Source of the DNA: Laetmonice hystrix
Taxonomy: Eukaryota
Length of the DNA stretch: 64,000 nucleotides
Direction of reading: 5' to 3'
Assembly: GCA_965235115.1 (NCBI GenBank)
Contig: OZ249437.1
Location: 23,374,001-23,438,000, forward strand
Below, piece after piece: positions 36,863-49,747 of this stretch. The notes beneath the pieces are model-generated. The model searched no databases and was not told the DNA's origin. It was given only the letters and a program-made list of their open reading frames with translations. Every line of letters starts with the position of its first letter. Position 1 is the first letter of the stretch. The position numbers and the translations under genes are program-made.

Positions 36863-37854
36863 CGAGAATATTAAAATGATGGCGGCCGATATGGAGAAGG
36901 TGACGTTAGGTGTGACCGTGTTCACATTGAGATCTCTCCCGAGTCTCTCAGCTCGCACCCCCGCCGGGGAGGACTGTACACACGCCTGACCTCAAACCCA
37001 CCACCTAAATAAGAAGTGTCTGTCAAGGCCCAGCTCGTCGTCGCTCTGACCCGAGTGACCCATCCAATCTAATCTACACCTCGGCCTGCGGGTCCTTGGA
37101 TCCGCCAGCCACGACAAGTACTCTATCTTCTACTGCAGGCCCTGTCAGTGCATACTACACCCCCCGGCCAGCCAATCACGCAGCCGCCATGCTGGGCGCT
37201 GGCAACGACCCGAATGGTTAATACCTCCCTACTCCTGTTTCCACCCCCTAACCTCCACACCCCCGCAAAAAAAGGAGAAAAATTATCTATATGAATTTTT
37301 TCCTTTTCAATTTGAAAAACAGATAAAAGGCTGATAAAATCAAAAAATCAAAATACAATCAAATTAAAATGGCATCAGTCAGGAAATTAGACAAGGTTTA
37401 AACGGGTAGGGTGCCGCAGTAGGGGACAGGGTTGTGACGGGTGCCCAGCTCGGGAGACGCCTTGTTTAGACCCCCCCCCCCCCCCACCTCCTCCCGGTTG
37501 GTTGTGATGCCACCTCCCTGTCCTGATCCTCTGGGAGAAGTGTCCATCACTGCCAGCACAAATCGAGTCTGAAGGACGAGCGAGAAGCGGGGCAGCGGCC
37601 ACGGCCCGCAGCCGGCCACCTGGTCTGTACCCCGTGCCAATTGGTGCCCCCTCTCCACCCCCACCGACAATGATGGAGAATGAGGTGGGGTGGGAGGGAG
37701 GGGGTAGGGGGCATGGTTCAAGCTAAGGCGGCACGGAGCATGCATGGTGTACGCCTGGAGGGTTAGCCGTATCCTTAGAGATGGATAGCTATGACCACCT
37801 GCCTGATCTATGACAACACACTATCACCGCTGGCCACCGGGTAGGGTGGTCAAC

Positions 37855-38477
37855 GTGGGAGTAAACCTCCGTCCTCCAGTGTGGGAGTAAACCCGTCCTC
37901 CAGTGTGGGAGTAAACCCGTCCTCCAGTGTGGGAGTAAACCCTCGTCCTCCAGTGTGGGAGTAAACCCTTGTCCTCCAGTGTGGGAGTAAACCAGCGTCC
38001 TCCAGTGTGGGAGTAAACCCGTCCTCCAGTGTGGGAGTAAACCCGTCCTCCAGTGTGGGAGTAAACCCCCGTCCTCCAGTGTGGGAGTAAACCCGTCCTC
38101 CAGTATGGGAGTAAACCAGCGTCCTCCAGTGTGGGAGTAAACCAGCGTCCTCCAGTGTGGGAGTAAACCCGTCCTCCAGTGTGGGAGTAAACATTCGTCC
38201 TCCAGTGTGGGAGTAAACATTCGTCCTCCAATGTGGGAGTAAACCCTCGTCCTCCAGTGTGGGAGTAAACCCGTCCTCCAGTGTGGGAGTAAACCCTTGT
38301 CCTCCAGTGTGGGAGTAAACCCGTCCTCCAGTGTGGGAGTAAACCCGTCCTCTAGTGTGGGAGTAAACCCGTCCTCCAGTGTGGGAGTGAACCCGCGTCC
38401 TCCAGTGTGGAAGTAAACCCGTCCCCCAGTGTGGGAGTAAACCCGTCCTCCAGTGTGGGAGTAAACCCGTCCTCCAG
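37855..38477. repeat. Minisatellite, 24/26-bp unit, ~25 copies
   Basis: Unit tcctccagtgtgggagtaaacccg. Confidence 0.94.
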
Positions 38478-38540
38478 TATAGAATCCAGGCGGAGGTAGT
38501 GGCCAGTGTGTTCAGGCACCACAATGCTACATACACTCAG
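38478..38540 (+). CDS. Candidate coding exon, class C GPCR (mGluR/CaSR-type) Venus-flytrap-like segment
   Basis: ccag|TAT...CAG|gtaaca, 63 nt: YRIQAEVVASVFRHHNATYTQ; spacing resembles mGluR FQAKAMAEILRFFNWTYVS but lacks the conserved W; no partner exons found. Confidence 0.2.
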
Positions 38541-38777
38541 GTAACATATGATGGGAAGATGTCAAACTAATCCAATCCCCAAAATATGTACCTCTGCCCC
38601 TGACTTTGCGATCAACAACCTTCCAACAACTTCACAAGACAATCTCTTGGGTTTTAATTATTATGCAATGTTAGCTACTGTCTCACAGATCCAGGTGTAA
38701 ATACAGGGCACTCAGACTGTGTCACTTTACAAAGTTTTGGGATCCAAATAATGAAAACACTTTCTACACTTCTCAAG

Positions 38778-39435
38778 GTATCCATGGCACAGCATGGCTG
38801 ACGGGGGAGTTATATCCATGGCACAGCATGGCTGACGGGGAGTCATATCCATGGCACAGTATGGCTGACGGGGAGTTATATCCATGGCACAGCATGGCTG
38901 ACGGGGGAGTTATATCCATGGCACAGCATGGCTGACGGGGAGTCATATCCATGGCACAGTATAGCTGACGGGGAGTTATATCCATGGCACAGCATGGCTG
39001 ACGGGGAGTTATATCCACGGCACAGCACGGCTGACGGGGGAGTTATATCTATGGCACAGCATGGGTGACGGGAGTTATATCCATGGCACAGCATGGCTGA
39101 CGGGGAGTTATATCTATGGCACAGCATGGGTGACGGGAGTTATATCCATGGCACACCATGGCTGACGGGGAGTTATATCTATGGCACAGCATGGGTGACG
39201 GGAGTTATATCCATGGCACAGCATGGCTGACGGGGAGTTATATCCATGGCACAGCATGGCTGACGGGGAGTTATATCCATGGCACAGCATGGGTGACGGG
39301 GGGTTATATCCATAGCACAGCATGGCTGACGGGGGAGTTATATCCATAGCACAGCATGGCTGACGGGGAAGTTATATCCATAGCACAGCATGGCTGACGG
39401 GGGAGGTATATCCATGGCACAGCATGGCTGATGGC
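38778..39435. repeat. Minisatellite, 33-bp unit, ~20 copies
   Basis: Unit atatccatggcacagcatggctgacggggagtt. Confidence 0.95.
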
Positions 39436-39919
39436 ACAGTGTGGGATGACCTTATGATAATCAGCGGCGGCACGACATCAAAGACTCACTTCCTTTGAGT
39501 CTAATACTTTCCTAGGATCCATGCAGGTATACAGATATAAACATAGTGCCCGTTTATGACCAGGTTGTGTCATACGGTCTTAGATTGACTCTTACATCCA
39601 GATCAATTGGATCCGGAAAACATGAATTAGAAAATAGACGATGTGGCATCTCAACCCTTTTAAGCCATCAGCCCACCCACGCTAATTGGTCGAGTATGTT
39701 ATATCAGTGCCACTCTCAGCAATCCCTGATTAAAGTGTGGGTGTTGGGGGTGGGTGAGTGGGGGTGGGTGAGTGGGGGTGGCGGGGTGAGTGGGGGGGGG
39801 GGGGCGGAGGCTGATTCAAATCAAGGGCAACGATTGGGATCCAAGATACCTAGGTACACAACTATGGGGCAGAATGTGGTCTGCACCTCACTACATGGAG
39901 GGAACTTATTGAAATAATT

Positions 39920-40028
39920 TAACTCTCTCTGTCTCTTTCTCTGTCTGTCTCTCTGTGTCTGTATGTCTTTCTCTCCCCCCCCCCCCCCCCTCCCCCCTCT
40001 CTCTCTCCCTCCCTCTCCCTCTCTCTCT
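39920..40028. repeat. (CT)n / poly-C low-complexity tract
   Basis: Direct inspection. Confidence 0.8.
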
Positions 40029-40872
40029 GCCACCACGCCTGGAAACGTTCTCGGTGCTCGGGACACAGCGGGTCTAATGAAAGCTGACTACTACAAGCCA
40101 CTCTCTACTGTTCCACCCTGCCGACTTCCCGGTACTCACAAACCGGCCCATTTTTCTCTTGTCGGCACGAGAGCAAGTACAGATGGCTTGCATGCAAAGA
40201 CCGGGCGTGCCGCCTGCACACCGGCAGCGGCACACCGAACCAACCATAAAAAATTAACGAGCAGTGAAAATAGCCGAGCATTGAACATGTTTTCATATTC
40301 AACAAAATTGACTTGTCCCACTTTGGTCTGGTCTTGACAGCAGCAGACTGTCTGTCCCTAGCCACAGTCCGCGACTGTTTTTTATTCTCCAACCCGGCTT
40401 TCTAATATTCTCTGTCTAGCTATGTGTGTCTGCGTTAGCACACGTCTGGAGCAGTGACTATAGCCGTGACCGGCAGGTATTTCTGTACCAGTACAGTCCC
40501 AATGCCTGTTGATTATGAATCAATTAGAATCACAATAGTTGCAAACATACAAGGGTGAATATATTATGCCCTCAGTGATAGCTTGAATGTAACAATGAAA
40601 ACGGTTTTTTTTCACGTTATGTCGTGATCAGTCTGTATTTGTCTATTCTCACTTCCTCAAACACCTACGGTATCGTCTCGTTTTGGCCAAACCCCTGGGG
40701 GACTCTTGGCATGTTAAAGTCAATTAAAATATATGCATCAACAAATCTCCCCTCCTTCCATAAATGGTAACTCTTATGGCGATAAACAAAATAACATATC
40801 ATTTTAAATCAATTACTAACCATTACTAATAGTTATGACATTTCTACCATAGTTTTAACAGGAGCTATTATA

Positions 40873-42632
40873 CCAGTGGACAGTGTGGTATGAATATATT
40901 TTCTGATTGTTTCAAGGCCAGTCCCGCCAGACCTGGTAAAAGAATATATTTTCAGATTGTTTCAAGGCTACTCCCGCCAGACCAGTGGACAGTCTGGTAT
41001 GAATATATTTTCAGATTGTTTCAAGGCTAGTCCAGTGGACAGTGTGGTATGAATATATTTTCAGATTGTTTCACGGCTAGTCCCGCCAGACCAGTGGACA
41101 GTGTGGTATAAATATATTTTCAGATTGTTTCAAGGCTAGTCCAGTGGACAGTGTGGTATGAATATATTTTCAGATTGTTTCACGGCTAGTCCCGCCAGAC
41201 CAGTGGACAGTGTGGTATGAATATATTTTCACATTGTTTCAAGGCTAGTCCAGTGGACAGTGTGGTATGAATATATTTTCAGATTGTTTCAAGGCTAGTC
41301 CCGCCAGACCAGTGGACAGTGTGGTATGAATATATTTTCAGATTGTTTCACGGCTAGTCCCGCCAGACCAGTGGACAGTGTGGTATGAATATATTTTCAG
41401 ATTGTTTCAAGGCCAGTCCCGCCAGACCAGTGGACAGTGTGGTATGAATATATTTTTAGATTGTTTCAAGGCTAGTCCAGTGGACAGTGTGGTATGAATA
41501 TATTTTCAGGTTGTTTCACGGCTAGTCCAGTGGACAGTGTGGTATGAATATATTTTCAGATTGTTTCAAGGCCAATCCCGCCAGACCAGTGGACAGTGTG
41601 GTATGAATATATTTTCAGATTGTTTCAAGGCCAGTCCCGCCAGACCAGTGGACAGTGTGGTATGAATATATTTTCAGATTGTTTCACGGCTAGTCCCGCC
41701 AGACCAGTGGACAGTGTGGTATGAATATATTTTCACATTGTTTCAAGGCTAGTCCCGCCAGACCAGTGGACAGTGTGGTATGAATATATTTTCAGATTGT
41801 TTCAAGGCCAGTCCCGCCAGACCAGTGGACAGTGTGGTATGAATATATTTTCAGATTGTTTCAAGGCCAGTCCCGCCAGACCAGTGGACAGTGTGGTATG
41901 AATATATTTTCAGATTGTTTCAAGGCCAGTCCCGCCAGACCAGTGGACAGTGTGGTATGAATATATTTTCAGATTGTTTCAAGGCCAATCCCGCCAGACC
42001 AGTGGACAGTGTGGTATGAATATATTTTTAGATTGTTTCAAGGCCAGTCCCGCCAGACCAGTGGACAGTGTGGTATGAATATATTTTCAGATTGTGTCAC
42101 GGCTAGTCCAGCCAGACCATTGGACAGTGTGGTATAAATATATTTTCACATTGTTTCAAGGCCAGTCCCGCCAGACCAGTGGACAGTGTGGTATGAATAT
42201 ATTTTCACATTGTTTCAAGGCCAGTCCCGCCAGACCAGTGGACAGTGTGGTATGAATACATTTTTAGATTGTTTCAAGGCTAGCCCAGTGGACAGTCTGG
42301 TATGAATATATTTTCAGATTGTTTCAAGGCTAGTCCCGCCAGACCAGTGGACAGTGTGGTATGAATATATTTTCAGATTGTTTCACGGCTAGTCCCGCCA
42401 GACCAGTGGACAGTGTGGTATAAATATATTTTCAGATTGTTTCAAGGCTAGTCCAGTGGACAGTGTGGTATGAATATATTTTCAGATTGTTTCAAGGCTA
42501 GTCCCGCCAGACCAGTGGACAGTGTGGTATGAATATATTTTCAGATTGTTTCAAGGCTAGTCCAGTGGACAGTGTGGTATGAATATATTTTCAGATTGTT
42601 TCAAGGCCAATCCCGCCAGACCAGTGGACAGT
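40873..42632. repeat. Minisatellite, 59-bp unit with 50-bp deletion variants, ~31 copies
   Basis: Unit ccagtggacagtgtggtatgaatatattttcagattgtttcaaggctagt[cccgccaga]. Confidence 0.96.
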
Positions 42633-43029
42633 GAAGTAAATAGATGCTGACTCGCTGGTTCACAGCGACTGGGGCTGACAGCGACCACAAACGTTCAATA
42701 AGACACGGTTTCCAACCACAGACCCAGGCGGAACGATCCCAGACAGCTTCAACATGTTCTTCACAACATGAAACGGATGTCATCTCAATGACACGTCGGT
42801 CAGAGCAAACTGAAATGTTAGGAGAATACTATTTAATACGAATGTCAGATTTTTAATGGGAAAATATTCGGTACGTTGATGTTCAGACTACTCAGTAACA
42901 TGTGACCTTGGTGTCTGGCGAGGGTCAGATTGTGTCGACAGGGGAAAACACGCTCACTGTTCAATGCTGACAGCTCCTCGCTGTTCCTACCCCAGGTATA
43001 ACTTACCTGACACCGGCCTCCCCTCACGG

Positions 43030-43470
43030 TCTGATACATTCACACCTGGCCACATAAAGTATCTGGTACATTAACACCCGACCACATAAAGTACCGGATA
43101 CATTCACACCTGGCCACATAAAGTACCTGATACATTCACACCTGGCCACATAAAGTACCTGATACATTCACACCTGGTCACATAAAGTACCTGATACATT
43201 CACGCCTGGCCACATAAAGTACCTGATACATTCACACCTGGTCACATAAAGTACCTGATACATTCACACCTGGCCACATAAAGTACCTGATACATTCACA
43301 CCTGGCCACATAAAGTACCTGATACATTCACGCCTGGCCACATAAAGTACCTGATACAGTAACACCTGACCACATAAAGTACCTGATACATTCACACCTG
43401 GACACATAAAGTACCGGATACATTCACACCTGGAAACATAAAGTACCGGATACATTCACACCTGGACACC
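43030..43470. repeat. Minisatellite, 32-bp unit, ~14 copies
   Basis: Unit acctgatacattcacacctggccacataaagt. Confidence 0.94.
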
Positions 43471-43534
43471 TGAGGTGGCCACCTGAGAAAACAAGACTGA
43501 TAACACTCCGGCAAACGTTCTCATATGTATGCCT

Positions 43535-43630
43535 TGGTTGATAATCTATATGAATTGGTTGAAAATCCATGTGAACTGGTTGATAATCTATGTGAACTGG
43601 TTGATCTAACTATGTGAACAGGTTGATAAA
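43535..43630. repeat. ~21-bp repeat, 4-5 copies
   Basis: tggttgataatctat(a/g)tgaac. Confidence 0.8.
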
Positions 43631-43884
43631 GATCTTGGATCCATGAATCAGGTCTACGATTGCGTCCATAACCTACAGGCTTTATCCTTCCTAATACCCG
43701 CCAGATTTACCCAAATCTTTCATGCCTGAACACAGTCAAGAAGAAGCCCTACCCCACCGTACCCCACACCAATTATTGATGTCCACATGCAATGTCCCAG
43801 TGCCGACAGCTGCCCGTGGACATAATGTCGATGGCAATATTCCTGTGTGTCCCGGGAGAGCTACTTGTCCAGGTTGGGCTCAGC

Positions 43885-44715
43885 CATTTCTGTACAGACT
43901 CTGCCTCACTCAGCCATTTTAGTACACACTCTGCCTCACTCAGCCATTTCTATGTGTTTCATACACTCAGCAATTTCTGGACACACTCCGCCTCACTCAG
44001 CCATTTCTGTACAAACTCTTCCTCAATCAGCCATTTCTATGTGTTTCATACACTCAGCAATGTCTGAACGCACTCCGCCTCACTCAGCCATTTCAGTACG
44101 CACTCAGTACGCGTAGTGCGTAATCAAAACAATGAACGCATTACGCACTATGCACACATGGAATCACTCCAACTTGTTTTCATTGATTTTGATGAATACG
44201 CATTACGCACTTCGCAGTACGCCCACACTACGTACACATGGATTCCTGGCTTCACTCAGCCATTTCAGTACACACTCCGCCTCACTCAGCCATTTCAGTA
44301 CACACTCTGCCTCACTCAGCCATTTCAGTACACACACTGCCTCACTCAGCCATTTCAGTACACACTCCGCCTCACTCAGCCATTTCAGTACACACTCTGC
44401 CTCACTCAGCCATTTCAGTACACACTCTGCCTCACTCAGCCATTTCAGTACACACTCCGCCTCACTCAGCCATTTCAGTACACACTCCGCCTCACTCAGC
44501 CATTTCAGTACACACTCTGCCTCACTCAGCCATTTCAGTACACACACTGCCTCACTCAGCCATTTCAGTACACACTCCGCCTCACTCAGCCATTTCAGTA
44601 CACACTCTGCCTCACTCAGCCATTTCAGTACACACTCTGCCTCACTCAGCCATTTCAGTACACACTCCGCCTCACTCAGCCATTTCAGTACACATTCTGC
44701 CTCACTCAGCCATCT
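43885..44715. repeat. Minisatellite, 30-bp unit, in two blocks split by a ~150-bp inverted-repeat insert
   Basis: Unit ctcactcagccatttcagtacacactctgc; degenerate block 43885-44100, homogeneous block 44250-44715. Confidence 0.93.
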
Positions 44716-45683
44716 ATCTCTATGCGGCACCAATTTCCCAGTGTTCACCATGAAATTACTCATTCACATTAACTCAACGTTTCCAGATTGTTGGAAGGTT
44801 GCTCAGGAGTTTTATACATGATCCGAAATTTGAAAACCGGTATCCCACCGAAAATCTCCCAGTATAAATAAATGAATGAAAAAAACAAAACAAAACACGC
44901 CCATGTATCAAAAAAAAATTGCTATGCCCATATTGGTTTCATTATTTTTTTGCCCAACAAATGAAAACTTATTTTACTTCAGTTTTTTAAAGTCTACATG
45001 AAGGATTTCTTTTAAAAAGTTGTGGGGGGTCTCCAAAGGCTTTCAAGCCCCAAAAGTTCAAGCCCCAAAATTTTAAGCCCCAAAAGTTCCTCGAAGATCA
45101 CTGTGGCTAGAACCATAATGCTAAATATACCCACGGACGCCATAAATTATCTCGGATACACCTGGCTCAGGACATGCGGGACGTCCGACTTGTAATATTC
45201 ACACAACACAGATGTACTCATACATCTATATTTGTCCAAATAACAAGAGTACGTAGTCACAGAAATAAACCTTTGTTTCTTGCTCTAGTTCTCGACCTCG
45301 TCTCATTCCTGAGGCTCACTACGAGCCCAAACTTTATGTCGATCATGTACTAAGTGACTCGCTGCAGTCCCTAACCGTTGTTGTTGTTGTTGTTGTGAGC
45401 ATATTTCCAACTACCAGCAGCCATCTTTGGCTGTGGTTGCGCAGCCTGCCACGACCACAGAACACCTGTTCACAGGTATGTGAACTACCTGATCGCCGCC
45501 ATCACCACGCGCCCATCTCATTCTCAGCTATAACAAGTGTCGGTGATGGCTAAAACAGCTGCGCTTTCACCTTTTTACTCTCTCTCTTCATACATCCACA
45601 GGAATGTGGCGGTTTCCGACATCACCTTGACCAGATTCTGTGATCTATTCACGGTCCTGGGAGAACCTCTCACATTAAAAGTT

Positions 45684-45980
45684 TGGATCCGCCCCTGATA
45701 TATACATATATGTACCTGTAACAGGGACACATCCCGAAATTGTAGAAAGCGGGGTGGCAGGGTTCCCAGCCTTTTGTGGAAATCAAATTTCCTGAGATTT
45801 CCCTAAAAAATTCCCTAAAAAATTTCCAAAATTCCATGAGAAATATTTTGTGTTTTCTAGGTAACACAGGTAACAACTTAGGACACACTGAAGATACACA
45901 CGCCAGATTGAAATAACGGATGAAAATCTTTCTCTTCTAGGTCACTGTCAAATTCCCTGAGTTTTCCCTTCCCTGATGTT
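45684..45980. mobile_element. Possible remnants of non-autonomous DNA-transposon termini
   Basis: tggatccgcccctg (45684-97) and cagggttccc...aaatttcctgagatttccc (45758-45845), echoed at ~45950; resembles common CAGGG-terminated elements from recall only; no TSD or partner end seen. Confidence 0.25.
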
Positions 45981-46005
45981 TTTATGTCCCCATATATACA
46001 TCAGT

Positions 46006-46360
46006 GTCCAACAGTTGGTAGCCCACCTGGTTTGAGGGTCCAACAGTTGGTAGCTCACATGGTTTGAGGGTCCAACAGTTGGTAGCCCACATGGTTTGAG
46101 GGTCCAACAGTTGGCAGCCCACATGGTTTGAGGGTCCAACAGTCGGTAGCCCACATGGTTTGAGGGTCCAACAGTTGGTAGCCCACATGGTTTGAGGGTC
46201 CAACAGTCGGTAGCCCACATGGTTTGAGGGTCCAACAGTCGGTAGCCCACATGGTTTGAGGGTCCAACAGTCGGTAGCCCACATGGTTTGAGGGTCCAAC
46301 AGTTGGTAGCCCACATGGTTTGACGGTCCAACAGTTGGTAGCCCACATGGTTTGAGGGTC
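46006..46360. repeat. Minisatellite, 32-bp unit, ~11 copies
   Basis: Unit ccaacagttggtagcccacatggtttgagggt. Confidence 0.95.
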
Positions 46361-46620
46361 TAACGGGGGTAGCGTGCACTCATACACGTGATGGGGGGGG
46401 GGGGGGGGGTTACTACCCCAACGTGACACGCGTGTCCTCACCACTGACTCAATGGTAGCTGGTGCATGGCAGTTACAAACATATGCAGGTACTCTGGCCC
46501 CGGCCAGTGTCAAGGTGGTCCATTGTGGCAGGTCCATTCAATACAATACTCGCAGTAATATATAATCAAGGCCACAGCCTAACCGTTGGCCACAGGTACG
46601 GCCGGTCGTGGACGTCAACA

Positions 46621-46717
46621 AGCTTCTGATTGGTTGGCCTGGGCAGACCAGCCAATCAGAAGCCTGTTTACTTAGTAAGCTTTACTCAAGTTGACAATTT
46701 GTGAAACACTGGGCCCT
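46621..46717. mobile_element. Hairpin-core MITE-like family copy (core plus right end)
   Basis: cttctgattggttgg-cctgggcaga-ccagccaatcagaag hairpin, ending tttgtgaaacactgggccc. Confidence 0.6.
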
Positions 46718-47242
46718 GGTGTGTGAATGAGGCTCAGGCAGGATGGTTGCGAGAACCGGCGATATAACACAGATATATCAAAGGTTTGCAGATCTAACCA
46801 CACCCGTCTAGTGTTAGATATAAACATCAAACCACACCTTTGGTTGATCAATGTTGTCACTGATGTTACACTGATAAAATTTGACATGTTTATACATTAA
46901 ATATTCATTGACAACCATTATAAAGGTTAGTGAATACGTATTGTGCTGTAGTCCATAGACAGCGAGTCCTTCTCCACCCCCACCCCCTCCCTCACCCGCC
47001 ACCAGTACCCGGTACGAAGGACCCTCTACACTGCTCCATCAATGTGGCATTCAGCCTCACCTGGCCCATCATCAAAGCCAGCCCTCGTTCCTTACCCCCC
47101 ATATGTTACCTGCCACTGTACCGACTGACCCCACAGGTAGGTAGGTGGGTGCCCGTGCTGAGCCAGCAACAGCATGTACCCAGCATATGGGCACCGCCGG
47201 GCCCAGAATGCAACCAACCCTGCCAATAGATGAAGGCCGGTC

Positions 47243-47680
47243 TTATGACCATCAGGCTTTTGCCCATGACCATTCTCCAATAGAATCTTTTCTTATGACG
47301 ATCAGGCTTTTGCCTATGACTGTTGCCCACAGAAGTTTTTCTTATGACGATCAGGTTTTGCCTACGACTGTCGCCCACAGAAGTTTTTCTTATGACGATC
47401 AGGCTTTTGCTTATGACTGTTGCCCACAGAAGTTTTTCTTATGACGATCAGACTTTTGCTTATGACTGTTGCCCACAGAATTTTTTCTTATGACGATCAG
47501 ACTTTTGCTTATGACTGTTGCCCACAGAATTTTTTCTTATGACGATCAGGCTTTTGCTTATGCCTATTGCCCACAGAACCTTTCCTTATGACGATCAGGC
47601 TTTTGTTGACCACTGCCAGAACCGTTTTCATGAGGATCAGACCTTTGCTTATGGCCATTGCCCACAGAACCTTTTCTTAT
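47243..47680. repeat. Minisatellite, 49-bp unit, ~9 copies, ends degenerate
   Basis: Unit ttcttatgacgatcaggcttttgcctatgactgttgcccacagaagttt. Confidence 0.92.
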
Positions 47681-48371
47681 GGTGGCTAAGCCTTTGCTTT
47701 CAAACACTGTCGTTTTGCCGATGACAGCCCTCATCATATTAGTCGAGCTTTCGCAGACAAGGTCTCTCTTCCAATCAAAACGACTTGGGTTTATTCAAAG
47801 CTGCTAACTGATTAGACTGAGTCTTATTGTACATCAAAGGCGGATCTCCGAGGGTTGGCCATATCCATAGACTGAACAGTCTATGCTCTAGACTACGGTA
47901 TACCGTGTTGACGCACTTTTAGGCGCCTTTAAGCGGTTTTTTCCGTTTTTTTAGGAAATTTCAAAATCAAAAATCGTCAGATATAGGCGCACCTCAGTGG
48001 CGCCGTCGTCTAAGCCTCTGGCCCGCTGATCAACAGGGTCTGTCACGTCAGAGTAGTGAAAGGTGACAGGTATGTCAATACGGTAGTGGTATGAATATTG
48101 CCTTGCATTTATAAAGTCATTTCGACCATGCACTGATCTGAGTAATCAAAGAGTTGACTAACATTACAACTGACACGAATCTGTGGGCAAGCAGGAGTTG
48201 GAAACGGTGAATGTTGGAATGACAAACTCTCCATGGTTAGAGAAGTGATACCCTGGTTCCCAATAATACATCATCAGGCTGGGCAGACCTCCACACGTGA
48301 ACGTGCGACAGGTTCTCGTGACTAACTATGATACAGTACAAGGTGCCGACCACTGGGGACTCCATGAACTC

Positions 48372-49470
48372 ACTACATGGAAATCCTGCACCCACCACTT
48401 GGGCTGCACCCACCACCGGGGAATCCTGCACCCACCACTTGGGAATCCTGCACCCACCACTGGGGAATCCTGCACCCACCACTGGGGAATCCTGCACCCA
48501 CCACCGGGAATCCTGCACCCACCACTTGGGCTGCACCCACCACCGGGGAATCCTGCACCCACCACCGGGGAATCCTGCACCCACCACCGGGGAATCCTGC
48601 ACTCACCACCGGGGAATCCTGCACGCACCACTGGGGAATCCTTCACTCTCCACCGGGGAATCCTGCAGCCACCACTGGGGAATCCTGCACCCACCACTGT
48701 GGTCAATCCTGCACCCACCACTGGGGAATCCTGCACCCACCACTTGGGAATCCCGCACCCACCACTGGGAATCCTGCACCCACCACTTGGGAATCCCGCA
48801 CCCACCACCGGGGAATCCTGCACCCACCACCGGGGAATCCTGCACCCACCACCGGGGAATCCTGCACCCACCACTTGGGAATCCCGCACCCACCACCTGG
48901 GAATCCTGCACCCACCACCGGGGAATCCTGCACCCACCACTTGGGAATCCCGCACCCACCACCTGGGAATCCTGCACCCACCACCGGGGAATCCTGCACC
49001 CACCACTGGGAATCCTGCACCCACCACTTGGGAATCCTGCACCCACCACCGGGGAATCCTGCACCCACCACCGGGGAATCCTGCACCCACCACTTGGGAA
49101 TCCCGCACCCACCACCTGGGAATCCTGCACCCACCACCGGGGAATCCTGCACCCACCACTTGGGAATCCTGCACCCACCACTGGGGAATCCCGCACCCAC
49201 CACCTGGGAATCCTGCACCCACCACTGGGAATCCTGCACCCACCACTTGGGAATCCTGCACCCACCACTGGGGAATCCTGCACCCACCACTGGGGAATCC
49301 TGCACCCACCACCGGGGAATCCTGCACTCACCACCGGGGAATCCCGCACCCACCACCGGGGAATCCTGCACCCACCACTGTGGTCAATCCTGCACCCACC
49401 ACTGGGGAATCCTGCACCCACCACCGGGGAATCCTGCACCCACACTCATGGTCAATCCTGCACCCACACT
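48372..49470. repeat. Minisatellite, 21/22-bp unit, ~50 copies
   Basis: Unit aatcctgcacccaccaccgggg. Confidence 0.96.
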
Positions 49471-49581
49471 CCGAGGTTAGGAGGTAAGGTTTGTTTTGGG
49501 GCTGGGACAAGTGAAAAAAGTTGTTTTTAGTTTTTACCCCAGAATTTGGTGATTATGTTACCACGAGGATCTACAGGACCC

Positions 49582-49747
49582 TGACCTTTGACCCTGACCT
49601 CAATCGACCACGCCTATTTCTGGCCGTCACCTGACCAGTGGTCAGCGGTTTGAGTGTTTTGGGCGCGGTGGTCAGCGGCAGATGGAGATAGAGCGGCGAC
49701 CAGCTCATAGCCACGTGAGGTCAGTCAGGTCAGAGGTCAAGAGGTCA
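49582..49747. promoter_or_regulatory. Two opposed clusters of nuclear-receptor AGGTCA-type half sites
   Basis: TGACCTtTGACCCTGACCT (49582-600); AGGTCA at 49718, 49727, 49734 and 49742; function untested. Confidence 0.3.

Noticed and set aside
42880-42995. Cys-rich plus-strand reading YSVTCDLGVWRGSDC...
   Set aside because: The splice sites are weak and the Cys spacing does not complete a sushi or EGF module.
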